Below, piece after piece: positions 63,374-64,000 of a DNA stretch of 64,000 bases. How positions within the stretch are numbered: position 1 is the first letter of the stretch; every line of letters starts with the position of its first letter. Under the pieces are notes generated by a model, which was not told where the DNA came from, did not search any database, and worked only from the letters and a program-made list of their open reading frames with translations. The position numbers and the translations under genes were made by a program. The DNA comes from Mobula hypostoma (lineage: Eukaryota): contig NC_086097.1 in the NCBI RefSeq assembly GCF_963921235.1, forward strand, positions 63,242,001 to 63,306,000. The letters run 5' to 3'.

Positions 63374-64000
63374 AAGATTAGACCGAGCCTGATATTGGGA
63401 CACAACCCTCATTTGTATCAGATAATCTGTTGGTAAATGAACTATCCACACACCTAATTTCTCCATTTAAAATGGTGAAATTTACATCACTTATCTCACT
63501 GTCAGTATTACTAAGGAAAGTTCTGGAAGAAATACATTGAGTAACAATTGATAAGGACCAGAAGTGAGCATAAGAGAATGTTTCCTGTCTCTAGAATACC
63601 TGCATTAATATATACAGTATGTTTTTCATGGTGTCTACACAGGATGCAGAAAACACTTAAAATATTTAGAAATCTTAATACTCATAGTTTCAAATGGATG
63701 TAGGTTCACTTCCCTGACATCTTGCACCTTGCATTACTGTAAACTTCTTTGTTCCTTTGAAATCATTTTTCTCACCATGATTCATCCTTCAGTTGCTAGA
63801 AGAGCTAATACAACTGTTGGCATTCTTCAGTGATCTCCCTGTTCTGGAGCACATTTCTGACCAGTGTTATATTTTCAAAGGTGCTTCGTAAGATGGAAGT
63901 TAAACTGAGCTGTGTTCTGTTTTCTTGGGCATTTGTAAACAAATAGAAGTGCATTATTGAATATGCTGCATTGGATTTGTCATTGTTTCCTACCCTAGCC

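Overview
Eukaryotic genomic DNA made mostly of nested transposable-element remnants. No host protein-coding gene, rRNA, genuine tRNA or CRISPR array is supported. The mix of CR1 LINEs, Rex/Babar LINEs, Penelope-like elements and L1/Tx1 suggests an intronic or intergenic region of a vertebrate, probably a cartilaginous fish (inference only). Main structures: (1) four Penelope-like insertions with 10-14 bp target-site duplications (TSDs) that carry minimal hammerhead-ribozyme motifs, including a 236-bp palindromic mini-element with one motif on each strand; (2) a 10.2-kb Gmr1-type Gypsy element (integrase remnant upstream of RT, tRNA-Pro PBS, both LTRs) inserted in a Rex/Babar LINE and itself invaded by Penelope, L1 and CR1; (3) a second two-LTR Gypsy element on the minus strand, with a 249-bp templated copy of its gag start 1 kb away; (4) a palindromic 38-bp minisatellite split by an L1; (5) a near-identical tail-to-tail CR1 pair, several solo LTRs and tRNA-derived SINEs. 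Family names come from recognising motifs by eye, not from database searches, and boundaries of degraded copies are approximate.
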